Shown one piece after another: positions 8,444-17,938 of a DNA stretch of 32,000 bases. How positions within the stretch are numbered: position 1 is the stretch's first letter; the number at the start of each line of letters is the position of its first letter. Made by a program: the position numbers and the translations under genes. Below the pieces are notes generated by a model that had not been told where the DNA came from, ran no database searches, and saw nothing but the letters and a program-made list of their open reading frames with translations. The stretch is from Erysipelotrichaceae bacterium (lineage in GTDB: Bacteria > Bacillota_I > Bacilli_A > Erysipelotrichales > Erysipelotrichaceae): the NCBI GenBank assembly GCA_963676105.1, contig OY781039.1, positions 570,001-602,000 of the forward strand, written 5' to 3'.

Positions 8444-9343
8444 CTATTGCTTAGCACGAGGGTGCGCCTTTAGATATGTCTTTTTCAAGCGATCTAAAGA
8501 AACATGGGTATAGATTTGAGTCGTACTTAAATTTTCATGCCCTAATAGTTCCTGAACAACTCTTAGATCTGCCCCATTATCTAATAAATGGGTCGCAAAA
8601 GAATGTCTAAGCATATGCGGATGAATACTGCGCATAATACCCGCTTTTTTAGCTGAAGCATCTAAGATGTATTGAATACTTCTGATTGATATGCCTTTAC
8701 CTGTTTTAGAAACAAACACTTTACGATGATCCAAACCATTTAATAGTTGAGGACGCGCATTATCTATATAATCTTTTAATAGATTTCCAATATCTTCATA
8801 AAATGGAGTTAAGCGTTCCTTATTCCCCTTACCAATAAAACGTAGTGTTCGTGCAGAATAATCAATATCATCGAGATTTAAATTACTAAGTTCTGATACA
8901 CGTAAGCCACAGGCATACATGAGTTCAAACATCACTCGATTACGTATTCCTTCAGGCTCATTTAAATCAAAACTTTCCAATAGATTTAAAACTTCTTCAA
9001 ACATCATAAAATCTGGAAGATGTTTTGCGCCTTTTGGATTCTTAACCCGTTTAGCAGGATTTTTTGTGACAATTCCCTCTTCTACTAAATATTTATAAAA
9101 ACTTCTTAGAGAACTAAGTTTACGAGATAAAGTACTCGCTTTATAGTTTTTAAATTGTTCTGTTTGTAAGCTTTCAAAATACTGGTTGATATGTTTAACT
9201 TCTATTCCAGAAAAATCAATATCAACATCTTTAAAGTATCTCGCAAAATCACGTAAATCTTTTTCATAGGCATTACGTGTATGTTCAGATGTTTTTAAAG
9301 CTGTTTTTTCGATTAAAAATTTATCAATCAACGATTCATTCAT
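8444..9343 (-). CDS. xerC: Tyrosine recombinase XerC/CodV
   Basis: C-terminal catalytic signature HMLRHSFATHLL...LLGHENLSTTQIYTH. Conserved topA-trmFO-xerC context. Confidence 0.85.
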   Translation of the reverse strand: MNESLIDKFLIEKTALKTSEHTRNAYEKDLRDFARYFKDVDIDFSGIEVKHINQYFESLQTEQFKNYKASTLSRKLSSLRSFYKYLVEEGIVTKNPAKRVKNPKGAKHLPDFMMFEEVLNLLESFDLNEPEGIRNRVMFELMYACGLRVSELSNLNLDDIDYSARTLRFIGKGNKERLTPFYEDIGNLLKDYIDNARPQLLNGLDHRKVFVSKTGKGISIRSIQYILDASAKKAGIMRSIHPHMLRHSFATHLLDNGADLRVVQELLGHENLSTTQIYTHVSLDRLKKTYLKAHPRAKQ

Positions 9344-10656
9344 AACTCACTTATTAGTTTATCAATAACTTCAAGTGCTTGAATAGCGATTTTCTCTTTA
9401 CGTTCTTTTTTCTTAGCTTTTTGATCAAAATGAACTAAACCAAAGTTTGCATTCATTGGTTGAAAAGCATCTGGATTGGCATGTGATATGTAATAAGCTA
9501 GGGAACCAATAACACAGGTATTAGGAAAGTTTATATAATCCTTTCCTTCTAACATTTGAATGCATTGAAGGGCACCTAACAGGCCACTTGCGGCAGATTC
9601 CACGTAACCTTCAACTCCACTCATTTGGCCAACAAAAAACCAATGTGGATTTTCTATTAACTGATAATTTTGATTAAGTAGTTTTGGAGATTTTAGGTAT
9701 GAGTTTCGATGCATCACACCATAGCGAACAATTTCAGCATTCTGTAATCCTGGAATCATTCTTAAAATATGTTTTTGTTCACCCCATGTTAAATGAGTTT
9801 GAAATCCGACAATATTATATAAACTTGCGGCTGCATTATCTTGTCTTAGTTGAACAACTGCGTAAGGTCTTTTTTGACCTTCTTGTTCCAAACCAACCGG
9901 TTTCATGGGTCCGTAAAGAAGTGTTTGATCACCACGCCGTGCCATTTCTTCAAATGGCATACAGCCTTCAAAGAAAATTTCTTTTTCAAATGCTTTGAGT
10001 TCAGTGGTTTGCGCTAATATGAGTTCTCGATAAAAAGCATCAAATTCTTCCTTGTTCATTGGACAGTTAATATAATCTTGTCCATCTCCTTTATCATAAC
10101 GAGACTTATAATAGGCAATTGAAAAATCAATACTTTCTTTTTCGACTATAGGTGCAGCTGCATCATAAAAATAAAGTGATTCTGAATGGAGTGTTTCTTG
10201 AATAAATTTCGCGAGTGGATCTGAAGTAAGTGGACCTGAAGCAACAATCGTTATTTCATTGGGATCAAGTTTTGTAACCTCTTCATCATGAATATGAATC
10301 AAAGGATGATTTTGTATCTTTTCAGTAATCAACTCAGAAAAACGCAAACGATCCACAGCTAAAGCGGATCCCGCTGGTACCTGTGTCGCATCTGCGCTTT
10401 CAATAATAAGTGAATTTAGACGTCTCATCTCTTCTTTCAAAACACCAACCGCGTTTGAAAGTTGATTGGAACGCAATGAATTTGAACAAACGAGTTCCGC
10501 ATAGGTTTCTAAGCTATGGGCATCTGATTTCTTATGAGCTTTCATTTCATATAAATCAACTTCTATGCCCTTTTGTGCACATTGCCAAGCTGCTTCAGTG
10601 CCTGCTAAACCAGCACCAATAATTTTAACTTTCTTCATTCTCAGTTGTTTTTTCAT
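9340..10656 (-). CDS. trmFO: Methylenetetrahydrofolate--tRNA-(U54)-methyltransferase TrmFO (Gid)
   Basis: FAD-binding IIGAGLAGTEAAW. Length about 435 aa. Located downstream of topA. The start is ambiguous (ATG at 10656 or 10638). Confidence 0.85.
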   Translation of the reverse strand: MKKQLRMKKVKIIGAGLAGTEAAWQCAQKGIEVDLYEMKAHKKSDAHSLETYAELVCSNSLRSNQLSNAVGVLKEEMRRLNSLIIESADATQVPAGSALAVDRLRFSELITEKIQNHPLIHIHDEEVTKLDPNEITIVASGPLTSDPLAKFIQETLHSESLYFYDAAAPIVEKESIDFSIAYYKSRYDKGDGQDYINCPMNKEEFDAFYRELILAQTTELKAFEKEIFFEGCMPFEEMARRGDQTLLYGPMKPVGLEQEGQKRPYAVVQLRQDNAAASLYNIVGFQTHLTWGEQKHILRMIPGLQNAEIVRYGVMHRNSYLKSPKLLNQNYQLIENPHWFFVGQMSGVEGYVESAASGLLGALQCIQMLEGKDYINFPNTCVIGSLAYYISHANPDAFQPMNANFGLVHFDQKAKKKERKEKIAIQALEVIDKLISEL

Positions 10657-12757
10657 CTTTTTTAATATAACGACATTTTGGATAACCTGAACAGCCTACA
10701 AAAGCTTTACCATAGCGTGATGTACGCTCAACCAGTGGTTTACCACATTGGGGGCACATTTCACCCGTTTCTTTTGGTGCGGCTGATTTTCCATCGGCAC
10801 CTTGAATGTAACGACATTTTGGATAAGCTGAACAACCTACAAATTCTTTTCCATAACGGGACACTCTCTTAACTAAAGGCGCTCCGCAATCTGGGCACAT
10901 TTCTCCGGTTTTTTCAGGTTCTTTTTTCTCAGGTTTTTCGATATAGTCACAATCGGGGTAATTACCACATGCGACAAAAACACCATAACGACCTTTACGC
11001 TCAACGAGTTCTCCACCACATTTTGGACATTCACGGCCCACTTTGACAGGTGCCAATTTTTCCATTTCATTCAATGCTTTCTCATACATAGGTTGGAATT
11101 TATCGTAGAAATCATTGAGTTCATCAATGGAATCACGTGAACCTTCTGCAATATGATCTAAATCATCTTCCATATTTTTGGTGTAATCAACATTAATAAT
11201 AGGATCAAAGAATTCAAGTAATTTAGTATTAGTTAAAATGCCATCCTCAGTTGGGAAGAAGACTTTCGTACGGCCCCCCTCACTGTTTTTCTCTAATTTG
11301 ACGTAATTACGGGTCACAATTGTATCTAAAGTAGATGCGTAAGTTGAAGGACGACCAATCCCTTTCTTTTCCATCGCATCAATTAAACGAGCTTCTGAAT
11401 AACGAAGTGGAGGTTTTGTAAAGGATTGAATTCCATTTACTTTAATCGCATCTATGTTTTCATTTTCATCTAAATGTGGGACTTGTGCTTCATTAGAAGT
11501 ATCGTATTTCGCATAGACTTTTAAATAACCATCAAACACAAGCTTTGACCCTTTTGCGACAAATCTAAAATCTTTTTGACTAAGATAGATGTTTTGATTT
11601 AAAGACTTAGGTGAAGTCATTAAAGATGCTAGAGATCTCGCATAGATTAATGCATAGAGTTTATACTCATCATTCGTTAAGTGTTCTTTAATTTCTTCTG
11701 GATCATATTCAATATGTGTTGGACGAACACCTTCATGGGCATCCTGTGCATTATCATCTTGTTTAACTTTATACGTACCTAAATATTTTGTTCCAAATTT
11801 ATCTTTAATTAAAGATTGTGCTGCAGTCACAAAATCATTGGATAAGCGCGTACTATCTGTTCTCATATAGGTAATTAAACCTTCTTGACCATTACCAACA
11901 TTAATACCTTCATATAACTTTTGCGCAACACGCATCGTTTTCTTAGCTGAGAATGAAAGTTTATTAGCAGCTTCTTGTTGAAGGGATGATGTTGTAAATG
12001 GGAACTTCCCGGCTTTAGTGACATTTTTTTCTTCAATGCTTGAAACCGTAAAATGTTTATCTAAAAGGCCTAATACACGATCAGCTTCTTTTTTGTTTTT
12101 GATTTTAATCGTTTTATCATTTTCACGATCAAGTTCTGCTTCAAACTCAATCTTATCTTTTTCAAAGTTAGCTTTAATGGCCCATTTTTCTTCAGGAATA
12201 AAGGCATTAATTTCATCTTCTTTTTCAACAATTAAACGAACCGCAACCGATTGAACTCGACCTGCAGATTTTGCCTTAATTTTACGTTGAAGTAAGGTAG
12301 ATAATCTAAACCCAATAATTCGGTCAACAATACGACGTGTTTCTTGTGACTTAACCAACTGCATATCAATAGGACGAGGATGATCAAAAGCTGCTTTAAC
12401 AGCCTTTTCAGTAATTTCATTAAAGATTACGCGATTATTATCATTAATATCTAAACCTAATTCATTCGCAAGATGCCAAGAAATCGCTTCCCCTTCTCTA
12501 TCGGGGTCAGTTGCCAAATAAACTTGATCAGCTTTTTTAGCTTTATCTTTTAATTCTTTAACGGTTGTTTTTTTATCTTTATGGAGTTTATAAGTTGCGA
12601 CGAAATTATTTTCAACATCAACACCTAAACCACCTTTACCAGTGGTTGCTAAATCATTTATATGACCCTTAGATGAAAGAACTTCAAAATCCTTTCCTAA
12701 GTATTTTTGAATGGTTTTGGATTTGGATGGGGATTCTACAATAACAAGTTTTGACAT
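10625..12757 (-). CDS. topA: DNA topoisomerase I
   Basis: TOPRIM N-terminus (LVIVESPSKSKTIQKYLG, ATDPDREGEAISWH), the active-site region LITYMRTDS, and three C-terminal Cys4 zinc ribbons. AGGAGG SD. Confidence 0.95.
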   Translation of the reverse strand: MSKLVIVESPSKSKTIQKYLGKDFEVLSSKGHINDLATTGKGGLGVDVENNFVATYKLHKDKKTTVKELKDKAKKADQVYLATDPDREGEAISWHLANELGLDINDNNRVIFNEITEKAVKAAFDHPRPIDMQLVKSQETRRIVDRIIGFRLSTLLQRKIKAKSAGRVQSVAVRLIVEKEDEINAFIPEEKWAIKANFEKDKIEFEAELDRENDKTIKIKNKKEADRVLGLLDKHFTVSSIEEKNVTKAGKFPFTTSSLQQEAANKLSFSAKKTMRVAQKLYEGINVGNGQEGLITYMRTDSTRLSNDFVTAAQSLIKDKFGTKYLGTYKVKQDDNAQDAHEGVRPTHIEYDPEEIKEHLTNDEYKLYALIYARSLASLMTSPKSLNQNIYLSQKDFRFVAKGSKLVFDGYLKVYAKYDTSNEAQVPHLDENENIDAIKVNGIQSFTKPPLRYSEARLIDAMEKKGIGRPSTYASTLDTIVTRNYVKLEKNSEGGRTKVFFPTEDGILTNTKLLEFFDPIINVDYTKNMEDDLDHIAEGSRDSIDELNDFYDKFQPMYEKALNEMEKLAPVKVGRECPKCGGELVERKGRYGVFVACGNYPDCDYIEKPEKKEPEKTGEMCPDCGAPLVKRVSRYGKEFVGCSAYPKCRYIQGADGKSAAPKETGEMCPQCGKPLVERTSRYGKAFVGCSGYPKCRYIKKDEKTTENEES

Positions 12758-12806
12758 AGTTTGCCTCCTAGTAATAAAGATGATTGAATAAAACCTTTGT
12801 CAGTTA

Positions 12807-13544
12807 TCATAGTTTGAACAAAGAATAATCACTTGTCAAGAGCGAAGCACCCTGTTCAATTAAATTATTACAACCTGAACCTTTAGGTTCATCCATATGA
12901 AACGGACAAACAAATATTTCTTTTCCTAAATTCAAAGCGAACTCAACGGTACTCATTGTGCCACTTTTAGAAGCTGCCTGCATGACCACTAAACTGTCAC
13001 CTAAAGCCGCAATGATTCGATTACGGGCAATAAATTGATGTTTTTGAATCGGTGCTTGAGGTGGATACTCTGATAGGATTAATCCATAACGTTTGATTTG
13101 TTGATATAGGTTTTTGTTAATTAAGGGATAAATGATATCAATCCCACAACCTAAAATCGCAATTGTTTGATGTTCTTTTAAAGCTGCGATATGTGCTTGC
13201 GCATCTATTCCTTTCGCAAGCCCTGAAACAATCACCATATCTTTAGGGGCATGTGCAATGAGTTCATCCGTCATTTTTAACGCATAATCGCTAGGTTCAC
13301 GAGAACCAATGACAGATATTAAATTCTTTTGAAGTAGATTTAAATTTCCTATCGCATATAAAACATAGGGTGGATCTGGGAGTTGATATAAACTTTTAGG
13401 ATATAAAAAATCACCCATAATAATGTAATGTGTCTTACAAGCACATGGGTAAGTTTTTTCTTTTCGCTCAATGGCTTTTTTAATTAATCGATTATCACCG
13501 TTGTATTTTAATGAATAATAAAGTAGTTTTTCTCTTTCGCTCAT
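12807..13544 (-). CDS. dprA: DNA-processing protein DprA/Smf (short form)
   Basis: Rossmann-like core: VIGSREPS...VSGLAKGIDAQAH...ILGCGIDIIYP...FIARNRIIA...SGTMSTV. Located upstream of topA. Confidence 0.8.
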   Translation of the reverse strand: MSEREKLLYYSLKYNGDNRLIKKAIERKEKTYPCACKTHYIIMGDFLYPKSLYQLPDPPYVLYAIGNLNLLQKNLISVIGSREPSDYALKMTDELIAHAPKDMVIVSGLAKGIDAQAHIAALKEHQTIAILGCGIDIIYPLINKNLYQQIKRYGLILSEYPPQAPIQKHQFIARNRIIAALGDSLVVMQAASKSGTMSTVEFALNLGKEIFVCPFHMDEPKGSGCNNLIEQGASLLTSDYSLFKL

Positions 13545-13576
13545 AACTTATATATAAGCGCTAAGTAAAAAAAGTC

Positions 13577-14188
13577 CTAATCAAACAAAGAAATTTGATT
13601 CATTTTTGCGACTGGTCCATAAGATTGTCGATGAATACTTAATACCCCATATTTTTCTAACGCTTCAATATGGGCTTTAGTTGGATAACCTTTATGATTC
13701 TTAAAACCATACTCAGGATACTTCGCATCATACATAAACATAATTTGATCACGTATCTCTTTGGCGACAATACTCGCGGCCGCAATTGAAATTGAGCGTG
13801 AATCCCCTTTTATAAATGACTCATGGTCTTTATTTAAATCTTCTAAAGGCATCGCGTCAGTAAAAACAATATCAGCGAAAGAAGTGGATGCAATCGTATG
13901 CATCGCTTTTTGGGTTGCACGATAAATATTATATTTATCAATTTCAGCTACAGAAACTGCCACAATATTAATCCATAATGCATCGCTTAAGATATCTTTA
14001 AAACAAAGTGCTCTTTTTTTAGCGCTTAGTTGTTTAGAATCATTAATAAAAGGATGCGTATAGCCTTTAGGTAAAATAACACCACAAACAACACAGGGAC
14101 CTGCTAAAGGGCCACGTCCTGCTTCATCTATTCCACAAATGATTTTACCGTTGTAATCATTCTCGATCCAAATCTTCGACATACTCAA
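13577..14188 (-). CDS. rnhB: Ribonuclease HII
   Basis: GIDEAGRGPLAGP motif and the DSK region. Located downstream of rbgA, overlapping its 3' end. Confidence 0.85.
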   Translation of the reverse strand: MSMSKIWIENDYNGKIICGIDEAGRGPLAGPCVVCGVILPKGYTHPFINDSKQLSAKKRALCFKDILSDALWINIVAVSVAEIDKYNIYRATQKAMHTIASTSFADIVFTDAMPLEDLNKDHESFIKGDSRSISIAAASIVAKEIRDQIMFMYDAKYPEYGFKNHKGYPTKAHIEALEKYGVLSIHRQSYGPVAKMNQISLFD

Positions 14189-15008
14189 AACACAGTGGGC
14201 CTAATACCCCTGTTTTTAAATCACGTAAAAAGACATCACGTGCTTCATCTATACGATAATCATCAGCCTTAACTAAATGACGTAATTTTGCGATTTGAAT
14301 GAGTAAAGCTTCTAAAGTTTCTGCTTTAATCTCGTATTTATTTTCAATATAGTTTGGATATCTATCCATTAAATAATCAAAGGCAATTTGCGCCAGTTCT
14401 TCACTCGGTAATACTTTTTCAGAGATTGATCCAGCTAGAGCTAAATTAATCCCAACTTGTTGATCTTCAAATTTTGGCCATAAGACACCAGGTGTATCTA
14501 AAACATCCAATTGTGGATGAACATTTGCCCACTTTAAAGACATCGTAACACCCGGACGATTAGCTGAAACCATCAATTTCTTTTTTGCCAGTTGATTGAT
14601 TAAGGTTGATTTCCCTACATTAGGTATCCCAACAATCATTGCTTTTAGTTTACGTGGTCGTATCCCTTTACGTTTCCAACGTTCTAACTTTTGTGTCATT
14701 GCGACCATCACCGCATCAACAACTCTTTGACGGGTATTATCATGTAAAACATCTAAGCTAATAACTTCAGTTTCATCTTTTTTAAGATAGTCCATCCATG
14801 CTTCTACCTGTTTAATATCTGCCATATCTTTTTTAGTTAACACAATAACTCGTGGCATATTTTGAGCGAGTTCTAAAAGTAAAGGGTTTAAACTTGAATA
14901 AGGACATCGCGCATCCCTAAGTTCTATCACACAATCAACTTGTTTTAGTTTTTCTTGCATTTCACGTTTTGCACGTGTCATGTGTCCTGGAAACCATTGA
15001 ATACTCAT
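14157..15008 (-). CDS. rbgA: Ribosome biogenesis GTPase A (YlqF)
   Basis: IQWFPGHMTRAK, a circularly permuted GTPase (LTKKD ... GIPNVGKST ... DTPG). ATGA overlap with lepB. Confidence 0.85.
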   Translation of the reverse strand: MSIQWFPGHMTRAKREMQEKLKQVDCVIELRDARCPYSSLNPLLLELAQNMPRVIVLTKKDMADIKQVEAWMDYLKKDETEVISLDVLHDNTRQRVVDAVMVAMTQKLERWKRKGIRPRKLKAMIVGIPNVGKSTLINQLAKKKLMVSANRPGVTMSLKWANVHPQLDVLDTPGVLWPKFEDQQVGINLALAGSISEKVLPSEELAQIAFDYLMDRYPNYIENKYEIKAETLEALLIQIAKLRHLVKADDYRIDEARDVFLRDLKTGVLGPLCFEYVEDLDRE

Positions 15009-15562
15009 GAATTAGCTCCTAAGACGAAATGGATTTCATTGAAAGGATAAAAGACAATGACATCCTTACAAATAATATCTGAAACTTGAAAAGCGCCATA
15101 ATCACGTGAATCAACGGAGTACATGCGATTATCTCCCACTAAGAAGACTTCACCCTCACCTACGGTTAATGGGCCAAAATCACGGTTAAAATAGCCGAAT
15201 TGGTCCATAATATCAGCTTTATATTGTTCATTTATGAAATTCTCTTCATAGGCGATTCCATCGATATATAAAATATTATCTTTGAACTCAACCGTTTCCC
15301 CCTCTAAGGCAATGACTCGCTTAACTAAATAGTCATCAATTTGAGGTGCATAAAAAATAACTACATCAAAACGATTCAATCCAAACAATTGATACATCAA
15401 GATATTTGAAAAACCCAACTGTTGATCTTTAAGGGTTGGATACATACTTGATTGATTTACTTGTATTGGTTTAATAATCCATTGCGTAAGCACAAAAACA
15501 AAGACAACGGATATCACTAATGATTTAATAAACTCTATAATCGGGTTTTCTTGTTTTTCCAT
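15005..15562 (-). CDS. lepB: Signal peptidase I
   Basis: N-terminal TM, SSMYPTL (catalytic Ser box), KRVIALEGE (Lys box) and GDNRMYSVDSR. Confidence 0.85.
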   Translation of the reverse strand: MEKQENPIIEFIKSLVISVVFVFVLTQWIIKPIQVNQSSMYPTLKDQQLGFSNILMYQLFGLNRFDVVIFYAPQIDDYLVKRVIALEGETVEFKDNILYIDGIAYEENFINEQYKADIMDQFGYFNRDFGPLTVGEGEVFLVGDNRMYSVDSRDYGAFQVSDIICKDVIVFYPFNEIHFVLGANS

Positions 15563-15581
15563 ACCTTACCTATTATATAAG

Positions 15582-15606
15582 AAAAAAGCCGGAATAACCG
15601 GCTTTA
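15582..15606 (-). terminator. Intrinsic terminator after rplS
   Basis: On the minus strand: AGCCGG-TTATT-CCGGCT followed by TTTTTT, immediately after the rplS TAG. Confidence 0.7.
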
Positions 15607-15608
15607 AA

Positions 15609-15956
15609 CTATCGAATTTCTTTAAGACGTGCTGCTTTACCAGATAATCCACGCATATAGTATAGTCTACTACGACGTACTTTACCTTTACGAACGACTG
15701 TGATCTTTTCAATAAGTGGTGAGTGTACAGGGAATGTACGTTCAACACCGATTTGAGAAGAAAGCTTACGAACGGTAAAAGTTTCAGCGATCCCTGATCC
15801 GCTACGTGCGATAACTAAACCTTCGAACGTTTGGATACGTGATTTGTCACCTTCTTTGATATGTACGTCAACTTTAACTACATATCCAGGTCTGAAATCT
15901 GGGAGGTCGCTTCTGAGTTGGGACTTGGTAATTTGATCTACTAAGCTCAAGTTCAT
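15609..15956 (-). CDS. rplS: 50S ribosomal protein L19
   Basis: 115 aa with typical L19 sequence (FRPGYVVKV..., [10 protein letters not shown]). Confidence 0.9.
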   Translation of the reverse strand: MNLSLVDQITKSQLRSDLPDFRPGYVVKVDVHIKEGDKSRIQTFEGLVIARSGSGIAETFTVRKLSSQIGVERTFPVHSPLIEKITVVRKGKVRRSRLYYMRGLSGKAARLKEIR

Positions 15957-16063
15957 GATTTTACGCTCCTTCTAATGTGTTTTCTCACAGTTCATCCACC
16001 TTATTGTTTCGGTCAGCGGAACTGCCTAGCCCATAGGCTTATCTAAAATAGCATACTCTAAGG
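15957..16063 (-). promoter_or_regulatory. Candidate L19 (rplS) ribosomal-protein leader
   Basis: A 107-nt trmD-rplS spacer that is GC-richer than its surroundings, with hairpins GCCTA-TGGGC-TAGGC and AGTTC...GAACT just upstream of the AGGAG SD. An L19 leader is known at this position in Bacilli. Confidence 0.45.
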
Positions 16064-16801
16064 CTATTTATCAAGTTTTTTAAGATTTTCTTCTAATATT
16101 TCAATAAGGAATTTAGTTTCTTCTTTATTCAATTCATAATCTTTAAATAAATCAGGGCGAACAGTCCATGTTTTACGCAAAGATTCCTTTAATCTAAACT
16201 TGCGAATATTCTCATGATGACCTGATTTTAAGACATCAGGTATAACATCACCCTCATAGTCTTCAGGTCGTGTGTAATGAGGATATTCCAAGAGTCCGGT
16301 TTCAAAACTTTCATCTAAATGAGAATCTTCTTTAATAACCCCTTCAAGTAAGCGAGTGATCGCATCCGCAAGTACCATCGAAGGAAGTTCTCCACCTGTG
16401 AGTATATAATCACCAATTGAAAATTCTTCATCAACAAATTTCATAACACGTTGATCTATACCTTCATAATGACCACATAAGAGAATAATATGTTCTTCTT
16501 TTGAAAGCTGACGCACTTTGTTTTGATGTAATGTTTGTCCTGAAGCTGAAGCCATCAACACTTTACTTAAATCAGTTCTAACACTTTTTAGCGCATCATC
16601 AATGGGTTGAACTGCCATCACTAAGCCTTGACCACCCCCAAATGGATAATCATCAACACGATTATGTTTATTGGTAGTAAAAGAGCGAATATCAACGAGT
16701 TCAAATTCAACTAATTCTTTTAAACGCGCTTTTTTAATGATGGATGTATTTAAGAAACCATCAAACATTTCTGGAAAGAGTGTTAATATGCTAATTTTCA
16801 T
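16064..16801 (-). CDS. trmD: tRNA (guanine37-N1)-methyltransferase
   Basis: ISILTLFPEMF and GGELPSMVLADAITRLL motifs. ATG at 16801 with a GGAGGG SD, overlapping the rimM TGA (ATGA). Confidence 0.9.
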   Translation of the reverse strand: MKISILTLFPEMFDGFLNTSIIKKARLKELVEFELVDIRSFTTNKHNRVDDYPFGGGQGLVMAVQPIDDALKSVRTDLSKVLMASASGQTLHQNKVRQLSKEEHIILLCGHYEGIDQRVMKFVDEEFSIGDYILTGGELPSMVLADAITRLLEGVIKEDSHLDESFETGLLEYPHYTRPEDYEGDVIPDVLKSGHHENIRKFRLKESLRKTWTVRPDLFKDYELNKEETKFLIEILEENLKKLDK

Positions 16802-17295
16802 AGTCCCTCCATCCAACGTACAACAACCCGTTTGTTCTTCAAGTCTTTTTCTAAGATAAAGTAATCAACAACGGGAATTAAAACTTCACGATCTTCCGTT
16901 TTTACACGAAGCAATCCATGTGCTGCCCCTGCTTCAAAGCGAATGACTGTACCTCGTTTTTGATTACTTTCATCAAAGACGTCACAATTCTCATATTCAA
17001 AAGAATGAAAGCCTTCATTTTCACTGATTTCATCAACACTGACCATTAAATCACCACGTGGTAATTTTTCAAGCGCTGTTAAATCAGGTATATTTTCATA
17101 CGCAATTAAAGCTTGGTTCTTATGATAGCGAACAGATCTTATCTTTAGTTCAATCTCTTGGTCATCCGTTTTTAAGATGAGTGTTTTTCCCACTTGAAAA
17201 CGTTCATCCGCAAAATCACTGATGATATGAACTTTCATTTCACCTTTTAAACCAAAGGTGCCTACATATTTACCAACTCTAATTGTTTTTTTCAT
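16798..17295 (-). CDS. rimM: 16S rRNA processing protein RimM
   Basis: Typical N-terminus (GKYVGTFGLKGEMKV) and a PRC-barrel C-terminus. ATG at 17295 has an AAGGA SD; the tracked start at 17307 is also possible. Confidence 0.8.
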   Translation of the reverse strand: MKKTIRVGKYVGTFGLKGEMKVHIISDFADERFQVGKTLILKTDDQEIELKIRSVRYHKNQALIAYENIPDLTALEKLPRGDLMVSVDEISENEGFHSFEYENCDVFDESNQKRGTVIRFEAGAAHGLLRVKTEDREVLIPVVDYFILEKDLKNKRVVVRWMEGL

Positions 17296-17313
17296 ACTTT
17301 CCTTCATAAGATA

Positions 17314-17334
17314 AAAAGGATGTATTCACATCCT
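17314..17334 (-). terminator. Intra-operon hairpin (attenuator or partial terminator) between khpA and rimM
   Basis: On the minus strand: AGGATGT-GAAT-ACATCCT followed by TTTTTAT. It overlaps the khpA TAG. Confidence 0.45.
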
Positions 17335-17578
17335 AGTAAGATTCAAACTTGATGGACAAGCGTTTATGTTCTAAACGCGCCGCAATTGACATCATGTTAC
17401 GTAATGCAGTAGCCATAACACCTTTACGTCCTATTAGACGTGCAACATCATTACTGTCTGCATAGACATATAAAACAATTTCGTTATCATTTAAGCTTTC
17501 CATTTCTTTAACACTAACACTGTCTTTGTGATCACAAAGAGGTAGGACTAAATCATAGAGTGCTTTTTCTAGATTCAT
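17333..17578 (-). CDS. khpA: KH-domain RNA-binding protein (YlqC/KhpA family)
   Basis: 81 aa with a GxxG-type KH motif ([13 protein letters not shown]). Lies between rpsP and rimM, with an ATGA overlap with rpsP. Confidence 0.75.
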   Translation of the reverse strand: MNLEKALYDLVLPLCDHKDSVSVKEMESLNDNEIVLYVYADSNDVARLIGRKGVMATALRNMMSIAARLEHKRLSIKFESY

Positions 17579-17853
17579 TTAGCTTTCTTGCTTTTTGATT
17601 CGTGAAATTGTTTCATGATGCCCGCATTTGAAAATAAATTGCGAACAGTATCAGATGGTTGAGCTCCATCATTCAACCATTTCATTGCGAGTTCTTCGTT
17701 GATCTTAACATCAACAGGATTTACCGTTGGGTTATAGTAACCGATTGCTTCGATAAAACGTCCATCACGAGGATAACGTGAATCAGCCGCAACGATACGG
17801 TAGAAAGGTGATTTTTTTGCGCCCATGCGCTTTAAACGTAGTTTAACTGCCAT
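17575..17853 (-). CDS. rpsP: 30S ribosomal protein S16
   Basis: [24 protein letters not shown] at 17853 preceded by TAGGAGG. The tracked upstream 21 codons are leader sequence. Confidence 0.9.
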   Translation of the reverse strand: MAVKLRLKRMGAKKSPFYRIVAADSRYPRDGRFIEAIGYYNPTVNPVDVKINEELAMKWLNDGAQPSDTVRNLFSNAGIMKQFHESKSKKAK

Positions 17854-17887
17854 AAATATATAGCCTCCTAATATTTTTACCTTCGTT

Positions 17888-17916
17888 AGTATACCTATAA
17901 TCAAAAAGACTGTCAA
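17888..17916 (-). promoter_or_regulatory. Sigma-A-type promoter for the rpsP operon
   Basis: On the minus strand: TTGACA (17911-17916), a 17-nt spacer, then TATACT (17888-17893). Confidence 0.6.
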
Positions 17917-17933
17917 GGGGTAAACCTTGACAG
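17903..17933 (-). terminator. Intrinsic terminator after ffh
   Basis: On the minus strand: CTGTCAAGG-TTTACC-CCTTGACAG followed by TCTTTTT. Confidence 0.65.
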
Positions 17934-17938
17934 CTTGT

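Noticed and set aside
8444-9343. A tyrosine recombinase as a possible marker of an integrated mobile element
   Set aside because: It sits in the conserved topA-trmFO-xerC(codV) arrangement and overlaps trmFO (ATGA). There are no flanking repeats, att-like sites or cargo genes. It is a chromosomal Xer recombinase.
10628-11029. Three-fold repeat of about 130 nt at the 3' end of topA
   Set aside because: It encodes the three standard Cys4 zinc-ribbon modules of bacterial topoisomerase I (CPKCGG…, CPDCGA…, CPQCGK…). It is not a CRISPR array or a mobile repeat.
12807-13544. Short DprA as evidence of a competence island or a truncated pseudogene
   Set aside because: The Rossmann-like core is intact, the TGA stop is followed immediately by TAA, and the gene sits in its usual place upstream of topA. 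Short DprA forms are common.
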